A stretch of 56,986 nt of DNA from a virus (IMGVR_UViG_3300021964_008614:1-56986); one strand, 5' to 3'. Counted from the first letter of the stretch, positions 33,391-43,544 are shown. Notes: generated by a model from the letters alone, not told the origin. Numbers and translations: made by a program.

Positions 33391-33837
33391 CTAATCTAAG
33401 AAGCCATTTCTTTGATCAAACTGTAATTTCATGTTTTCAGAGATATTATATGGTAGATATTGTAGTTCACACTCTATTTGAATACCACTTTCATACTGAT
33501 CAACAATCACTCTTGCGGCATTAATTCTTGGATCTGCATTTATAATTGTTGTTACATTGTCTGCTATTGCTTCTTTTAAATTTTCAGTCAAAGGTTCAAA
33601 CAAAACGTCCCAAATAATTGTTCCAAATTCTGGATTTTCTAATTTTTCTCCTTGCCTAATATGAAAGTGATTTAGTAGATCTTGCTTGATAAGACCTATA
33701 TCATATAGTGTGTATGATAAGTTATTAGGATTTACTGTGCTTAAACCTCTATAAGTTTGCTGTTTTACAACAGGTTGCTGTCTAAGGTTTTCTTTAACAC
33801 GTACATTTTTAATTGTATCTTTTTCTAAACTACTCAT
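33391..33837 (-). CDS. Baseplate wedge subunit, T4 gp25-like
   Basis: IKQDLLNHFHIRQGEKLENPEFGTIIWDVLFEP...DPR motif. Confidence 0.88.
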   Translation of the reverse strand: MSSLEKDTIKNVRVKENLRQQPVVKQQTYRGLSTVNPNNLSYTLYDIGLIKQDLLNHFHIRQGEKLENPEFGTIIWDVLFEPLTENLKEAIADNVTTIINADPRINAARVIVDQYESGIQIECELQYLPYNISENMKLQFDQRNGFLD

Positions 33838-33842
33838 ATGTG

Positions 33843-33850
33843 TATTTATG
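33843..33850 (-). promoter_or_regulatory. T4-type late promoter (CATAAATA)
   Basis: Intergenic, 5 nt before the gp25-like ATG. Confidence 0.65.
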
Positions 33851-33855
33851 TGCTG

Positions 33856-35328
33856 TTAAGCACCATCTTTCTTAAATGTATCAGGTAATGTATCTATATC
33901 CTGTGCTGACGGAATAACAACGTCATTGGTTCTATCAGTCATTGTAGGTGTATACTGTTGTGGATCAACATTTTCATGGTGTGTCCACGGCTCGTGCTGT
34001 GGCAAGCGTTTGTGCAAGGACGCGACAGCGGTAGCGGTAGCGCCGGGAACCACGTGAGTGGACAACGGAGTTGTCTGTGCCGCTTCTGGGCCATTCATAT
34101 GGATCTGTAGTGCTGTCTCAAAATGTCCTAATGCACTGTATATGTTTGATGTTGAGCCACTTGTTATATTTGTTGCTAAACCTGCAAGTGTTTGAATACT
34201 TGTTAGAGACTCCATATTAATGCCAAAGTTTGTTTTTAAATTGAAGGTTCTGCCTGCCTGCATGTTGATATCTCTATCAGCAGTTATGTTTAAATCCTGT
34301 TCAGTGTGCATACTAATTGAATCTTTTGCATATACATCAATTTTACCATTGGCACTTAGTTCTATCCATGAATTTCCGCTACCGTGATCAATGCGTATTA
34401 AATCTTCTGTGTTGTGAAAAAGAATTTGATGTCCTGTGCGTGTTCTGATACGCATAAGTTCATTTGCTGGTAATTGTGGCACTCCTTTTTCATCTTTACC
34501 TACATTTGCATATTCTTTCTTTGTAGTACTTGCAGGACCTTTCCTTAAAAATTTGTCATCACCGTCGTCCATAACAAAATGCGTTCCGCCGAGGCGGCCA
34601 AATGGAATTTGTGCTCGTGTTTCTTTAGGACCATACGGTGCTTTTACGTAACCAGGACGTTTGTCATATGGGCCGGGTGTGCTTATACCAAACACCATGC
34701 TTGGCACTTCACGTCTTGCACTTGCAGAACTTAGTCCTCTTGTACCATCTGCACTCAATCCTGCATTGTGTAACGTGCTCATCCAATCTTCATTGATAGG
34801 TTTTTTAAATTTTGTAGGATCGTTGCCTTTGTTATCTTCAAGATTCTTTTTGTTTATTTCACCTACAACTGCTTTTCCTGTTTTACTAATACTTTCTTTA
34901 CTGCCCGGTGTTTGTCCTGGAGCGTTAACAAATGATGTTGCTACTCTGTCAGGCATTGAAAAATTAACATAGTTATCTTGGATACACCCTAACCAGAATC
35001 CCATGTTTTGCTGTCCTTCAATGAACACCACAATTACTCTCGTTCCAATGTCTGGCGGAGTCATCCAAAATCCATATGATTGTTGTGTGTATTTGTAGTC
35101 TTTATTTTTGCTTAAACCAGCCGCTGGTGTTTGACCAGTAAACGGTCCGCCGTAGCGTACTTTAACTGTTTGACCGTCAAGTTGTTGTCCTGAACTTGAA
35201 TTTAGTTTCAGTAGTTCAACTTCAATGCCTCCCATGTAGTTGGGATCAAGGTGTCCAACCACCCTACCAATAAAAGGACCGGGTTGGAGATTTTCTTGCT
35301 GGCCTGCTGTGCGAGTTTCATGACTCAT
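33856..35328 (-). CDS. Baseplate central spike, gp5/VgrG-like (OB fold plus beta-helix)
   Basis: GRVVGHLDP..MG, PPDIGTRVIVVF, RTRTGHQI and SWIELSANGKIDVY, followed by beta-helix repeats. Confidence 0.8.
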   Translation of the reverse strand: MSHETRTAGQQENLQPGPFIGRVVGHLDPNYMGGIEVELLKLNSSSGQQLDGQTVKVRYGGPFTGQTPAAGLSKNKDYKYTQQSYGFWMTPPDIGTRVIVVFIEGQQNMGFWLGCIQDNYVNFSMPDRVATSFVNAPGQTPGSKESISKTGKAVVGEINKKNLEDNKGNDPTKFKKPINEDWMSTLHNAGLSADGTRGLSSASARREVPSMVFGISTPGPYDKRPGYVKAPYGPKETRAQIPFGRLGGTHFVMDDGDDKFLRKGPASTTKKEYANVGKDEKGVPQLPANELMRIRTRTGHQILFHNTEDLIRIDHGSGNSWIELSANGKIDVYAKDSISMHTEQDLNITADRDINMQAGRTFNLKTNFGINMESLTSIQTLAGLATNITSGSTSNIYSALGHFETALQIHMNGPEAAQTTPLSTHVVPGATATAVASLHKRLPQHEPWTHHENVDPQQYTPTMTDRTNDVVIPSAQDIDTLPDTFKKDGA

Positions 35329-37962
35329 CTACTGGACTCCCTCTGTTGCTTTTTGTGCTTGTTCTTGTGCTAATATTTTTTGATTTTGTTGAGCGGCAAT
35401 TCTATCGTCAGCGGTTGATTGTGTGCCTGGAGGTCCTGCACTAATAGATCCTTTTTGGTTTTCGCTATTAATCTGATTGATGGTGCTTGAATCTAACTTT
35501 CTACCATCACCGTCGCCAACAGTTTGACCTGCTTTGTTTTCACTGTCTTGCGAAGTTTGTTTTTTAGGATACTGATTTGATCTACGTATGGCTTCAATTG
35601 TTTGTTTAAATTCACCATTGTTAAAACTATTCTTCACTATGCTTACCAAATATAATCCACTGAAGGAATCTACTGCTATAGTTTCATCTGGAAATCCCAT
35701 CATACCATTTTCTTTGTAGTCTACCGGCGTTCTAAAATTGATAAGAACATCAACTTCGCCCGATTGATAATCAATATTACCATCTGCATCAATATTAATC
35801 AACTGTGTATTTTCTGAGTTGTAGTTTCCAAATCCGCTGTCTGAAATGTAATAGGGATCACCCCAAATTTCCATCTCAATTGAAAGTAAGTCTGCATTAG
35901 AATTAATAATTGCATCATTGAACCTACGTGCAATCTCAATTCGCATGTCATCTTGATTTACCGCACCTGCGGCTTTAGCGTTGTTTTTAATGTCTGGAGC
36001 AGTTTTTCCACTGATAAGTTGCTCGTTGTCAACTTCTGTTTGTTCTAATGTCTGTTGTGGATTTTCTTCTGCATCTTTTCCTTCTTCTACATTTACCTTA
36101 GGTAATACTCCTGGACTCATGCTTTTAAAGAATGTGTTGTCTAAGTTAATATTAAAATTAATAATGTCATCATTTTTTCCACTATAGATATAATTGTATT
36201 CTTTACACACTTGTTTTCTCAGTGCTTCGATACCATATGGAATTTTATCAGGTGATAAAAATTTTGCCTCGTGTACTTTGTATGGCAATACTCTAAAAAC
36301 GTATATCCTTGGAGGTTGACCTGTTTTCTTTTCTGTTATAGGATCGGTAATATTAAAAACTTGTGTATCAATTTTGAACCAATTTTTCATACCCGTTCCG
36401 TCACTTGGTTCGCTGGTAAGGTTTCTACCATATTCACTTATTATTATAAGTTCTTCGATAATATCTTGAATTCTTGTGCCTTGGCCAAATTTAATTTCTC
36501 CCAATCCTGGAGACAGTTGCATTTGTCCTCCGTCTCTTTTCCATACATTCTTTTCTTTGTCCCAAGTAAAATTTGCATCACCAAATGGTTGTTGGGTAGA
36601 ACCAAGTTGCTCAAGGTTGAACATTTGCGATGTTCCAATAACATTACTATTTGCTTTACCTGTTTGTTTTTCTCTAATTTCTTCACCTAAGGCTGTGGTT
36701 GAAATTTTTGCTTTAATTTCATTTAGATATTTTTCTAATTCTGCTTGTTCTGGTGCTTCCCCGCCTTTGATTTTTTTATACAGTTCTTGTAACTCTTCTG
36801 CTGTGGCAGTGTTTCTTGTGGACTGTTTACTGCTTACACTTACACTTGGGGCTCCATTGTTTGAAGCAGTTGTTGCTCCTGCGCCGCCGTCACTAATAGT
36901 TCCTGATGAATTGCCTTTTGTTGCACGGGTTTTAGGGAACACAATAAAATATTGATCTGCGGTACTAATAGTTTTGTCTATTGCTTTTTGTTGATAGTAT
37001 TTGTTCATTTCTGCAGATAAACTTTTAGGACTACTCTGTAACAGTTCTTCAATTGTTCTACCTACAAGTGTTACGTCGACCGGAATACCCTGTGTTGCGT
37101 CTTTGAGTGCGCCTTCATTATAGGCAACACCTTCGACTACATATGCACTACCGCCATTTGTAACTGATAAATCACTTCCTACAAGTTTAAATGGCAACAT
37201 CTTAGTTGCTGTGGGTGTTTCAACAGGATTACCGTCTTGGTCCCAACCTATAAAATCAATTGTTAAAAGGAAAGGTGCTTCTACATAGTTTTCATGTCCT
37301 GCTTGATATGATGCCATTTGCAAAGTTTGTAAAAACAAACCCATACTGTATGGTTCTTGGATTTCTAATCTAAATCCTGTTGCATTAGTTGTACCTTTTC
37401 TTTGGTTAGGTGAAATTAGAGATTCAATCTCTAAATTATTCATAAAAAATTCAATCTTTCTACCACTGGATTCGTATCCTGTTAATACTTTACTATCTCC
37501 AAGACCGCCGCCACTTTGTAGTATTGCAATGTTAGGACGTTTAATTCTATAGGTTGCATCAGGATTGTTTATTTCTTCGTTTGTTAACGCATACATTCCT
37601 ATCCTATAATTGTAACTTGCAAAATTTCTTAATAGATTTGGAATAGGTAGGTTAACTACTCTACCGTCTGCTGTGTAAGCAACCTTTGCCGGATCAACTG
37701 TTACCCGTTCTTGAGAAACTGTCTCTTGTTTTTCTGTAGTAGTTGCATTTTTATCTGTTTCGACTGTAGTTTCAATGCTTGACGCATTTGTGTTTACCTT
37801 TTCAGGAGTATCTGAAAAGTCTTGCATATTTTCAGTGCCGGTGTTTTCAGATTCTCCGGCGCCTGCGGCATTTAATTCATCTTTATTTTCTGCCACATAG
37901 TTGTTTACTATAGATGCATAGTCTATTTCTGTACCTGGAGGACCTAATGGTTTATTAGCCAT
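35329..37962 (-). CDS. Baseplate hub protein (gp27-like, inferred)
   Basis: Lies between the gp53-like and gp5-like genes. C-terminus has IEMEIWGDPYY and FSGLYLVSIVKNSFNNGEFKQT, typical of hub proteins. Confidence 0.55.
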   Translation of the reverse strand: MANKPLGPPGTEIDYASIVNNYVAENKDELNAAGAGESENTGTENMQDFSDTPEKVNTNASSIETTVETDKNATTTEKQETVSQERVTVDPAKVAYTADGRVVNLPIPNLLRNFASYNYRIGMYALTNEEINNPDATYRIKRPNIAILQSGGGLGDSKVLTGYESSGRKIEFFMNNLEIESLISPNQRKGTTNATGFRLEIQEPYSMGLFLQTLQMASYQAGHENYVEAPFLLTIDFIGWDQDGNPVETPTATKMLPFKLVGSDLSVTNGGSAYVVEGVAYNEGALKDATQGIPVDVTLVGRTIEELLQSSPKSLSAEMNKYYQQKAIDKTISTADQYFIVFPKTRATKGNSSGTISDGGAGATTASNNGAPSVSVSSKQSTRNTATAEELQELYKKIKGGEAPEQAELEKYLNEIKAKISTTALGEEIREKQTGKANSNVIGTSQMFNLEQLGSTQQPFGDANFTWDKEKNVWKRDGGQMQLSPGLGEIKFGQGTRIQDIIEELIIISEYGRNLTSEPSDGTGMKNWFKIDTQVFNITDPITEKKTGQPPRIYVFRVLPYKVHEAKFLSPDKIPYGIEALRKQVCKEYNYIYSGKNDDIINFNINLDNTFFKSMSPGVLPKVNVEEGKDAEENPQQTLEQTEVDNEQLISGKTAPDIKNNAKAAGAVNQDDMRIEIARRFNDAIINSNADLLSIEMEIWGDPYYISDSGFGNYNSENTQLINIDADGNIDYQSGEVDVLINFRTPVDYKENGMMGFPDETIAVDSFSGLYLVSIVKNSFNNGEFKQTIEAIRRSNQYPKKQTSQDSENKAGQTVGDGDGRKLDSSTINQINSENQKGSISAGPPGTQSTADDRIAAQQNQKILAQEQAQKATEGVQ

Positions 37963-37963
37963 A

Positions 37964-38257
37964 TTATTCTCCCAACAGTTGTCTTAATTTGCTACCCTTT
38001 GATACATAAATTTTTAATCCGGCCCTAAAATCATATATAGGGTCTTTTAATGAATCCATGTTTCGTTGAGCAAATACCCACCATAATTTTGGAGAGCCGT
38101 ACATGTCATACGCCAACAAGTCTGGACGTTGATGATATTGCGATTCTATTTCATACACAACATCGTCGCCGTCTTCAGGAACAGGTCTAATACTTAAAAT
38201 ACCTAAGTATTGATTGCGTACAAGACGTGTTTTTGACCAGGGTGAATTATTTGACAT
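37964..38257 (-). CDS. Baseplate wedge protein, gp53-like (LysM-like)
   Basis: RPDLLAYDMYGSPKLWWVF motif. Confidence 0.8.
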   Translation of the reverse strand: MSNNSPWSKTRLVRNQYLGILSIRPVPEDGDDVVYEIESQYHQRPDLLAYDMYGSPKLWWVFAQRNMDSLKDPIYDFRAGLKIYVSKGSKLRQLLGE

Positions 38258-39144
38258 TAAATAAATCCTTTGTTGTTAGAACCAATATATCCGCCTTTGA
38301 CAAATGTGTCTAAACTGAATTTTTCTACTTCTGATCTTGAGTAGATAGGTTGTAGTGTTACAGTAACTTGGCTTTCTACTGGAACATAGCCAATTTTGCC
38401 TCTATCAGTATCACCTGTAAGTTTTGTAAAGTTACCAAAATTACCGTCTGCTGTTGAAGGAGCATTAAATCCAAAATCAAGATCGACAGCAAGATAGTCA
38501 ACATCAGTTGGCATATCAAGGGTAAAATTTGTAATTACTACAGGCACATCTTTAAACACATAATCACCATATCCATTTAATTTAACTATAGGAGGTGGTG
38601 AACCTTGGTTAGATGTCTGACCGTAAAACATTTTTGTAATACTTCTTAGATAGTGCAACATTGCTATCCAATACTCACCTTCTAATGCATTTTGTACAAT
38701 AAACTGCCCAGTCAGCGTCATTGCGTCCACACTTGAATTCTGATAAGCAAAGAATGGATAATTACTATGTACTGGTGTAATTGCATTATAACTTGCTTGA
38801 TGACTCATAATAATTGTAGGCGTATAAGGAAAACACAGTCCGCCTGTAGAAGTAATCAATCGTTGAATGTAAGGACTTTCTGTAAATGCTTTAATAGGAG
38901 GTATGCTTAATTTGACTCTCCAATCTTTTGAGTTGGGATCTTGTGCCCAAGACGCACTTGCTATATCAATTTCTGGTGGCTCACCGTCGGTGGGGATAGT
39001 TCGAGAGCGAATTGCTTTCATAAACCCTTTTCCGCCTGCCTGTAATACATCAACTGTTTGTTGTGCCAAATCTTTGGCACCGTCAATGATGTCTCCTGTA
39101 GTTACAGGTTTTTTAGTTGGGTCAAAATCAAATGTGTCTGCCAT
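38257..39144 (-). CDS. Baseplate/tail tube initiator-like protein (gp48/gp54-like)
   Basis: FPYTPTI and PPPIVKLNGYG..VFKDVPVVITNF, a tube-fold baseplate signature; first gene of the baseplate operon. Confidence 0.6.
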   Translation of the reverse strand: MADTFDFDPTKKPVTTGDIIDGAKDLAQQTVDVLQAGGKGFMKAIRSRTIPTDGEPPEIDIASASWAQDPNSKDWRVKLSIPPIKAFTESPYIQRLITSTGGLCFPYTPTIIMSHQASYNAITPVHSNYPFFAYQNSSVDAMTLTGQFIVQNALEGEYWIAMLHYLRSITKMFYGQTSNQGSPPPIVKLNGYGDYVFKDVPVVITNFTLDMPTDVDYLAVDLDFGFNAPSTADGNFGNFTKLTGDTDRGKIGYVPVESQVTVTLQPIYSRSEVEKFSLDTFVKGGYIGSNNKGFI

Positions 39145-39166
39145 AATTGGTAATCCTTACTGTAAG

Positions 39167-39174
39167 TATTTATT
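39167..39174 (-). promoter_or_regulatory. T4-type late promoter (AATAAATA)
   Basis: At the head of the baseplate operon. Confidence 0.65.
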
Positions 39175-39201
39175 GACTTTATTATCAGAGTATATTATAA
39201 T
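39173..39201 (+). promoter_or_regulatory. Host sigma70-type promoter for the gp55-like gene
   Basis: TTGACT (39173-78), 17-nt spacer, TATAAT (39196-201). Confidence 0.8.
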
Positions 39202-39225
39202 AAGAACACTAAATGGAGAAATCAC

Positions 39226-40059
39226 GTGAAAAGAGTAAATTATTTAAACAACAAGGACATATTGTCCGAGATACACAAGTCAAAGAGCAGTTTTTGCAGT
39301 TTTGTAGATTCAGACTATCATCAATTTGATATTATTTTACCAAGCATAGACAAAATTAACGTAAGAACAATAGCAGAAGCAAAAAGAAACAAAGCAAAAA
39401 GATTAGGAGATGCAGATTATGCCGCAAGAAAATTAGCAGGCGAAAAAGTTAAACAAGCAGAGTGTGCTGTTGACTACAGAAAGATCACAAAAGAGGAACT
39501 TATTTTCCGTGTAATGACATTTGATCATATTCCTGAAGAAAAGGGTCGTAAGAAAAATCCTAAAACTATAGCAGATACAAAAATAAAATTAAACTTTCCT
39601 CCATTCCAGCATTTTAAATTTAACGAAAACGACGAACTTGTATGTGTAGGCAAAAGTCATTGGGAAGGCGGAATGGAAAACGGTTCTTTTAATCTAAGCG
39701 GTGGTAAAGCAACTGAAAAACTTGCTCGCATGTGGATGAAACTTTGTGATCGTTATGCAACAAGAGGAAATGTACGTGGATACACCTACAATGACGAGAT
39801 GCGAGGTCAAGCAATTCTTCAACTTACACAGATTGGACTACAATTTGATGAAAGCAAATCACAAAACCCATTTGCATACTACACTGCGGCAGTTACAAAT
39901 TCATTTGTAAGAGTTATTAACATTGAAAAGCGTAATCAAAATATTAGAGACGATATTCTTGAAATGAACGACATGACTCCAAGTTACACACGCCAAAGTC
40001 AAGGCGAATGGGAAAGACAAGTAGAAGAACAACGCAAAAAAATGGCAAGTGGCAAATAA
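39226..40059 (+). CDS. Late-transcription sigma factor, T4 gp55-like
   Basis: NYLNNKD at the N-terminus, N.RGYTYNDEM and FDESKSQNPFAYYT..V.NSFVR.I..EK. GTG start with GGAG. Confidence 0.85.
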   Translation: MKRVNYLNNKDILSEIHKSKSSFCSFVDSDYHQFDIILPSIDKINVRTIAEAKRNKAKRLGDADYAARKLAGEKVKQAECAVDYRKITKEELIFRVMTFDHIPEEKGRKKNPKTIADTKIKLNFPPFQHFKFNENDELVCVGKSHWEGGMENGSFNLSGGKATEKLARMWMKLCDRYATRGNVRGYTYNDEMRGQAILQLTQIGLQFDESKSQNPFAYYTAAVTNSFVRVINIEKRNQNIRDDILEMNDMTPSYTRQSQGEWERQVEEQRKKMASGK

Positions 40060-40063
40060 GTTC

Positions 40064-40092
40064 TTGACTTTATTTGACTTTTGCTATACAAT
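40064..40092 (+). promoter_or_regulatory. Host sigma70-type promoter for gp47/gp46
   Basis: TTGACT (40064-69), 17-nt spacer, TACAAT (40087-92). Confidence 0.75.
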
Positions 40093-40119
40093 AATAAGAC
40101 AATAAACTGAGGTAATATT

Positions 40120-41124
40120 TTGTTTAAAAAATGTGCAGTATTTACAGACATACATTTTGGTCTGAAAGGAAACTCTAAAGTCCATAATGATGACTGTGAA
40201 GACTTTGTGGATTGGTATATTAAAACAGCCAAAGAAAACGGATGCGAAACAGGAATCTTCATGGGTGACTGGCATCACAATCGTAACAGTTTAAATATTG
40301 TTACAATGGACTACTCTATTCGCAGTCTTGAAAAACTTGGAAAGGCATTTGAACAGTTTTTTTACTTTCCAGGTAATCATGATTTGTATTACAAAGATAA
40401 AAGAGACGTCCAAAGTGTAGAATTTGCAAAACATATCAACGGTGTTACAGTTGTTGATGAGATTACTACAATAGGCGATAGTACAATGGTACCGTGGCTT
40501 GTAGGTGAAGAGTGGAAAAAGATTCCTAAGATCAAAAGCAAATACATGTTTGGACATTTTGAACTTCCAAACTTCTATATGAATGCAATGGTACAGATGC
40601 CTGATACTGGCGAATTACAATCTAAACATTTTGTACATCAAGATTATGTGTTTAGTGGCCATTTTCACAAAAGACAAACACAAGGCAACGTAACATACAT
40701 AGGAAATGCATTTCCACACAACTATGCAGATGCTTGGGACGATAAACGCGGAATGATGATTCTCGAACACGGTGGAGAACCTCAGTATATAGATTGGGAC
40801 AGTTGTCCAAAATATAGAACTGTGAAATTAAGTCAACTAATTGATGAAAAAGATAAGTTGATGAAAGATAAAATGTATCTACGTGTAACACTTGATATTA
40901 ATATTAGTTACGAAGAAGCAAGTTTTATCAAGGAAGAATTTCAAAAGCAATTTAGTTGTCGTGAAATTACTTTGATTCCAAGTTTACAAGATGATCAAAT
41001 TAATACTGATATTGATATCACAAAGTTTGAAAGTGTTGATCAAATTGTAGCAGAAGAGATTAATGCAATCGAAAGTGAAAACTACAACAAACAAACACTA
41101 CTAAACATTTATAACGAGTTATAA
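40120..41124 (+). CDS. Recombination endonuclease subunit, gp47/Mre11/SbcD-like
   Basis: Metallophosphoesterase motifs DIHFG, GDWHH, GNHD, GHFE and SGHFH. TTG start with GAGG. Confidence 0.92.
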   Translation: MFKKCAVFTDIHFGLKGNSKVHNDDCEDFVDWYIKTAKENGCETGIFMGDWHHNRNSLNIVTMDYSIRSLEKLGKAFEQFFYFPGNHDLYYKDKRDVQSVEFAKHINGVTVVDEITTIGDSTMVPWLVGEEWKKIPKIKSKYMFGHFELPNFYMNAMVQMPDTGELQSKHFVHQDYVFSGHFHKRQTQGNVTYIGNAFPHNYADAWDDKRGMMILEHGGEPQYIDWDSCPKYRTVKLSQLIDEKDKLMKDKMYLRVTLDINISYEEASFIKEEFQKQFSCREITLIPSLQDDQINTDIDITKFESVDQIVAEEINAIESENYNKQTLLNIYNEL

Positions 41125-41127
41125 AAT

Positions 41128-42897
41128 ATGCTGATTAAAGACCTAACTGTAAAAAACTTTATGAGTGTGGGAAATCAAACCCAGGCTGTAGACTTTAGCA
41201 ATAGACAATTAACGCTTGTACTTGGTGAAAACCTTGATCAAGGAGGCGATGATAGTGGCTCCCGAAACGGAACTGGTAAGACCACTATCATTAACGCCCT
41301 TTCATATGCACTATACGGCCAAGCACTAACAAATATTCGCAGAAATAATCTAATTAATAAAACCAACGGCAAAGGTATGTTGGTTACACTTAACTTCGAA
41401 AAAAACGGAACAAAATATCGAGTTGAGCGAGGACGTAGTCCTAACGTTTTAAAGTTTTTTATTAACGAAGAAGAAAAAGAAATCACAGACGAATCACAAG
41501 GTGACTCAAGAGAAACTCAAAAAGAAATTGATAGTCTGTTACAGATGAGTCACGAGATGTTTAAGCACTTGGTTGCATTAAACACATACACAGAGCCCTT
41601 CTTAAGTTTAAAACCCAACGATCAACGTGCTATTATTGAGCAACTATTAGGTATTACCATACTATCCGAAAAGGCTGAACAACTTAAAATAAAACAAAAA
41701 GAAGTGCGTGACGGAATTACCGAAGAAACTGCAAGAATAAATGGGATACAAACTGCAAACGAAAAAGTAAAAGAGACAATTGATAGTTTAAAGGTAAAGT
41801 CAAGTGCGTGGAGACAACAGAATGCTAAAGATTGTGAACGCTTACAAAATGGTATTGACGAATTAGAACACTTAGATATCGATGAAGAAATAAGAAATCA
41901 CGAGTTACTATCTGCTTGGGAAGAAAACGACAAGCACAAGCGTAATTTAGAAAAAGAACGTGCTACACTTGAAAGTGCGTTAAGTCAGACAGACAGACAG
42001 ATTACTAAAATTGGAAAAGAATTAAATGATCTTAATGATGCAAAGTGTCATGCTTGTGGACAAGAGTTACACGAAGAGAAAAAACAAGAAATAAACAATA
42101 AACTTCAAGAAGAGTATGGCGAAACAATGACATACTTAATGGAAATTAATACAAAATTTGAAAAGGTTGCAAATAAATTAAGTGAGTTAGGAGATTTAGA
42201 TTCTAAGCCAAGTACATTTTATGAAACTGCTAAAGAAGCATACGATCATCGAAGCAATGTTGAAAATTTAAAACAAGCACTTAAGGCTAAAGAAACAGAA
42301 AACGATCCATACGTTGATCAAATCGAAGAACTTGAACACACTGCTATACAAGAAGTAAACTGGGATACCGTGAATGACCTTACGCTGATGCAAGAACATC
42401 AAGGTTTCTTGTATAAGTTACTTACAAATAAAGATTCCTTTATACGTAAAAAAATTATTGAACAAAACCTTGCATATCTAAACAATAGATTAACATTCTA
42501 CTTAGACAAAATTGGTTTGCCACACACTGTAGTATTTCAAAATGATTTATCTGTGATGATCACCCAGTTAGGACAGGACCTCGACTTTGATAATTTAAGT
42601 AGGGGTGAGCGTAACAGACTAATACTTGGTTTATCATTTGCGTTTAGAGATGTTTGGGAAAGTTTGTATCAAAATATCAACTTACTATTTGTTGACGAAT
42701 TAATTGACAGTGGAATGGACACCGCGGGTGTTGAGCATAGTTTGGCTATCCTCAAGAAAATGGGTAGAGAACGTAAAAAGAACATTTATTTGATTTCACA
42801 CAAAGACGAACTGCAAGGTCGTGTACAAAACGTACTTAAGGTTGTAAAAGAAAACGGCTTTACCAGTTATGCAAACGATATTGATATTGTACAATGA
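41128..42897 (+). CDS. Recombination ATPase subunit, gp46/Rad50/SbcC-like
   Basis: KNFMSVGN, Walker A NGTGKTT, coiled coil with zinc hook CHAC, signature LSRGE, Walker B LLFVDE and ISH. Confidence 0.93.
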   Translation: MLIKDLTVKNFMSVGNQTQAVDFSNRQLTLVLGENLDQGGDDSGSRNGTGKTTIINALSYALYGQALTNIRRNNLINKTNGKGMLVTLNFEKNGTKYRVERGRSPNVLKFFINEEEKEITDESQGDSRETQKEIDSLLQMSHEMFKHLVALNTYTEPFLSLKPNDQRAIIEQLLGITILSEKAEQLKIKQKEVRDGITEETARINGIQTANEKVKETIDSLKVKSSAWRQQNAKDCERLQNGIDELEHLDIDEEIRNHELLSAWEENDKHKRNLEKERATLESALSQTDRQITKIGKELNDLNDAKCHACGQELHEEKKQEINNKLQEEYGETMTYLMEINTKFEKVANKLSELGDLDSKPSTFYETAKEAYDHRSNVENLKQALKAKETENDPYVDQIEELEHTAIQEVNWDTVNDLTLMQEHQGFLYKLLTNKDSFIRKKIIEQNLAYLNNRLTFYLDKIGLPHTVVFQNDLSVMITQLGQDLDFDNLSRGERNRLILGLSFAFRDVWESLYQNINLLFVDELIDSGMDTAGVEHSLAILKKMGRERKKNIYLISHKDELQGRVQNVLKVVKENGFTSYANDIDIVQ

Positions 42898-43100
42898 GCA
42901 TAATAGACGACACACACGACAAATTAACCAAAGCATATTTAGAATATTTCAAAGCAAACGAACGTTTTGAAAAAAATGGGGGTCTAAGAACCATGCAGGA
43001 CGCTCGAAAATGGCTCAGAACTATTCGCACTCTCGCTAAATTACGTGGAGACGAAATTAAAAAGGCATACGATTCCAATAAAGACACCAAGGCAAAGTAG
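42894..43100 (+). CDS. Hypothetical protein
   Basis: 68-aa basic helical ORF coupled to the gp46-like gene by an ATGA overlap. Confidence 0.7.
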   Translation: MSIIDDTHDKLTKAYLEYFKANERFEKNGGLRTMQDARKWLRTIRTLAKLRGDEIKKAYDSNKDTKAK

Positions 43101-43106
43101 ATCTGT

Positions 43107-43113
43107 GTAAGTA
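43107..43113 (+). promoter_or_regulatory. Variant late promoter (GTAAGTA)
   Basis: One mismatch to TAAATA, with the same 5-nt spacing to the ATG as at other SD-less late genes. Confidence 0.45.
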
Positions 43114-43118
43114 TCCAT

Positions 43119-43544
43119 ATGCAATGGACTTATCAAGGACAAGAAGTAAAAGAAATCCCAGAAGGCATAGAAGGCTTTGTCTATTTGATTACCAATACAA
43201 CTAATAATCGCAAGTATGTAGGCAAAAAACTCGCAAAATTTAAAAAAACACGCCCACCTTTAAAAGGCAAGAAAAACAAAAGACGTAGCAAAGTAGAGTC
43301 AGACTGGAGAGACTATTGGGGATCTTCAGATCACTTGCTTGAGGACGTACAAAATTTAGGCCCAGAAAATTTTACAAGAGAAATTTTACACTATTGTGAA
43401 AGCAGAGGCGTATTAAGTTATCTCGAAGCCAAAGAACAATTCGATAGACGTGTATTAGAAACTGACGAATATTACAACGGCATTATTAATGTACGTGTAG
43501 GCAGTTCGAAAGTTTTGAAAGAAGCGTTAAAAAATATAAAATAG
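43119..43544 (+). CDS. Stand-alone GIY-YIG endonuclease (T4 EndoII/Seg-like)
   Basis: GFVYLITN...RKYVGKK, YWGSS, FTREIL, conserved Glu (YLEAKEQF) and YYN; single catalytic domain of 141 aa. Confidence 0.85.
   Translation: MQWTYQGQEVKEIPEGIEGFVYLITNTTNNRKYVGKKLAKFKKTRPPLKGKKNKRRSKVESDWRDYWGSSDHLLEDVQNLGPENFTREILHYCESRGVLSYLEAKEQFDRRVLETDEYYNGIINVRVGSSKVLKEALKNIK

Noticed and set aside
34000-34090. Locally GC-rich patch
   Set aside because: It is explained by Ala/Thr/Pro codons in the gp5-like C-terminus, with no convincing structure.
42595-42612. ABC signature LSRGE instead of LSGGE
   Set aside because: Phage gp46 proteins vary at this motif and the other ATPase motifs are intact.
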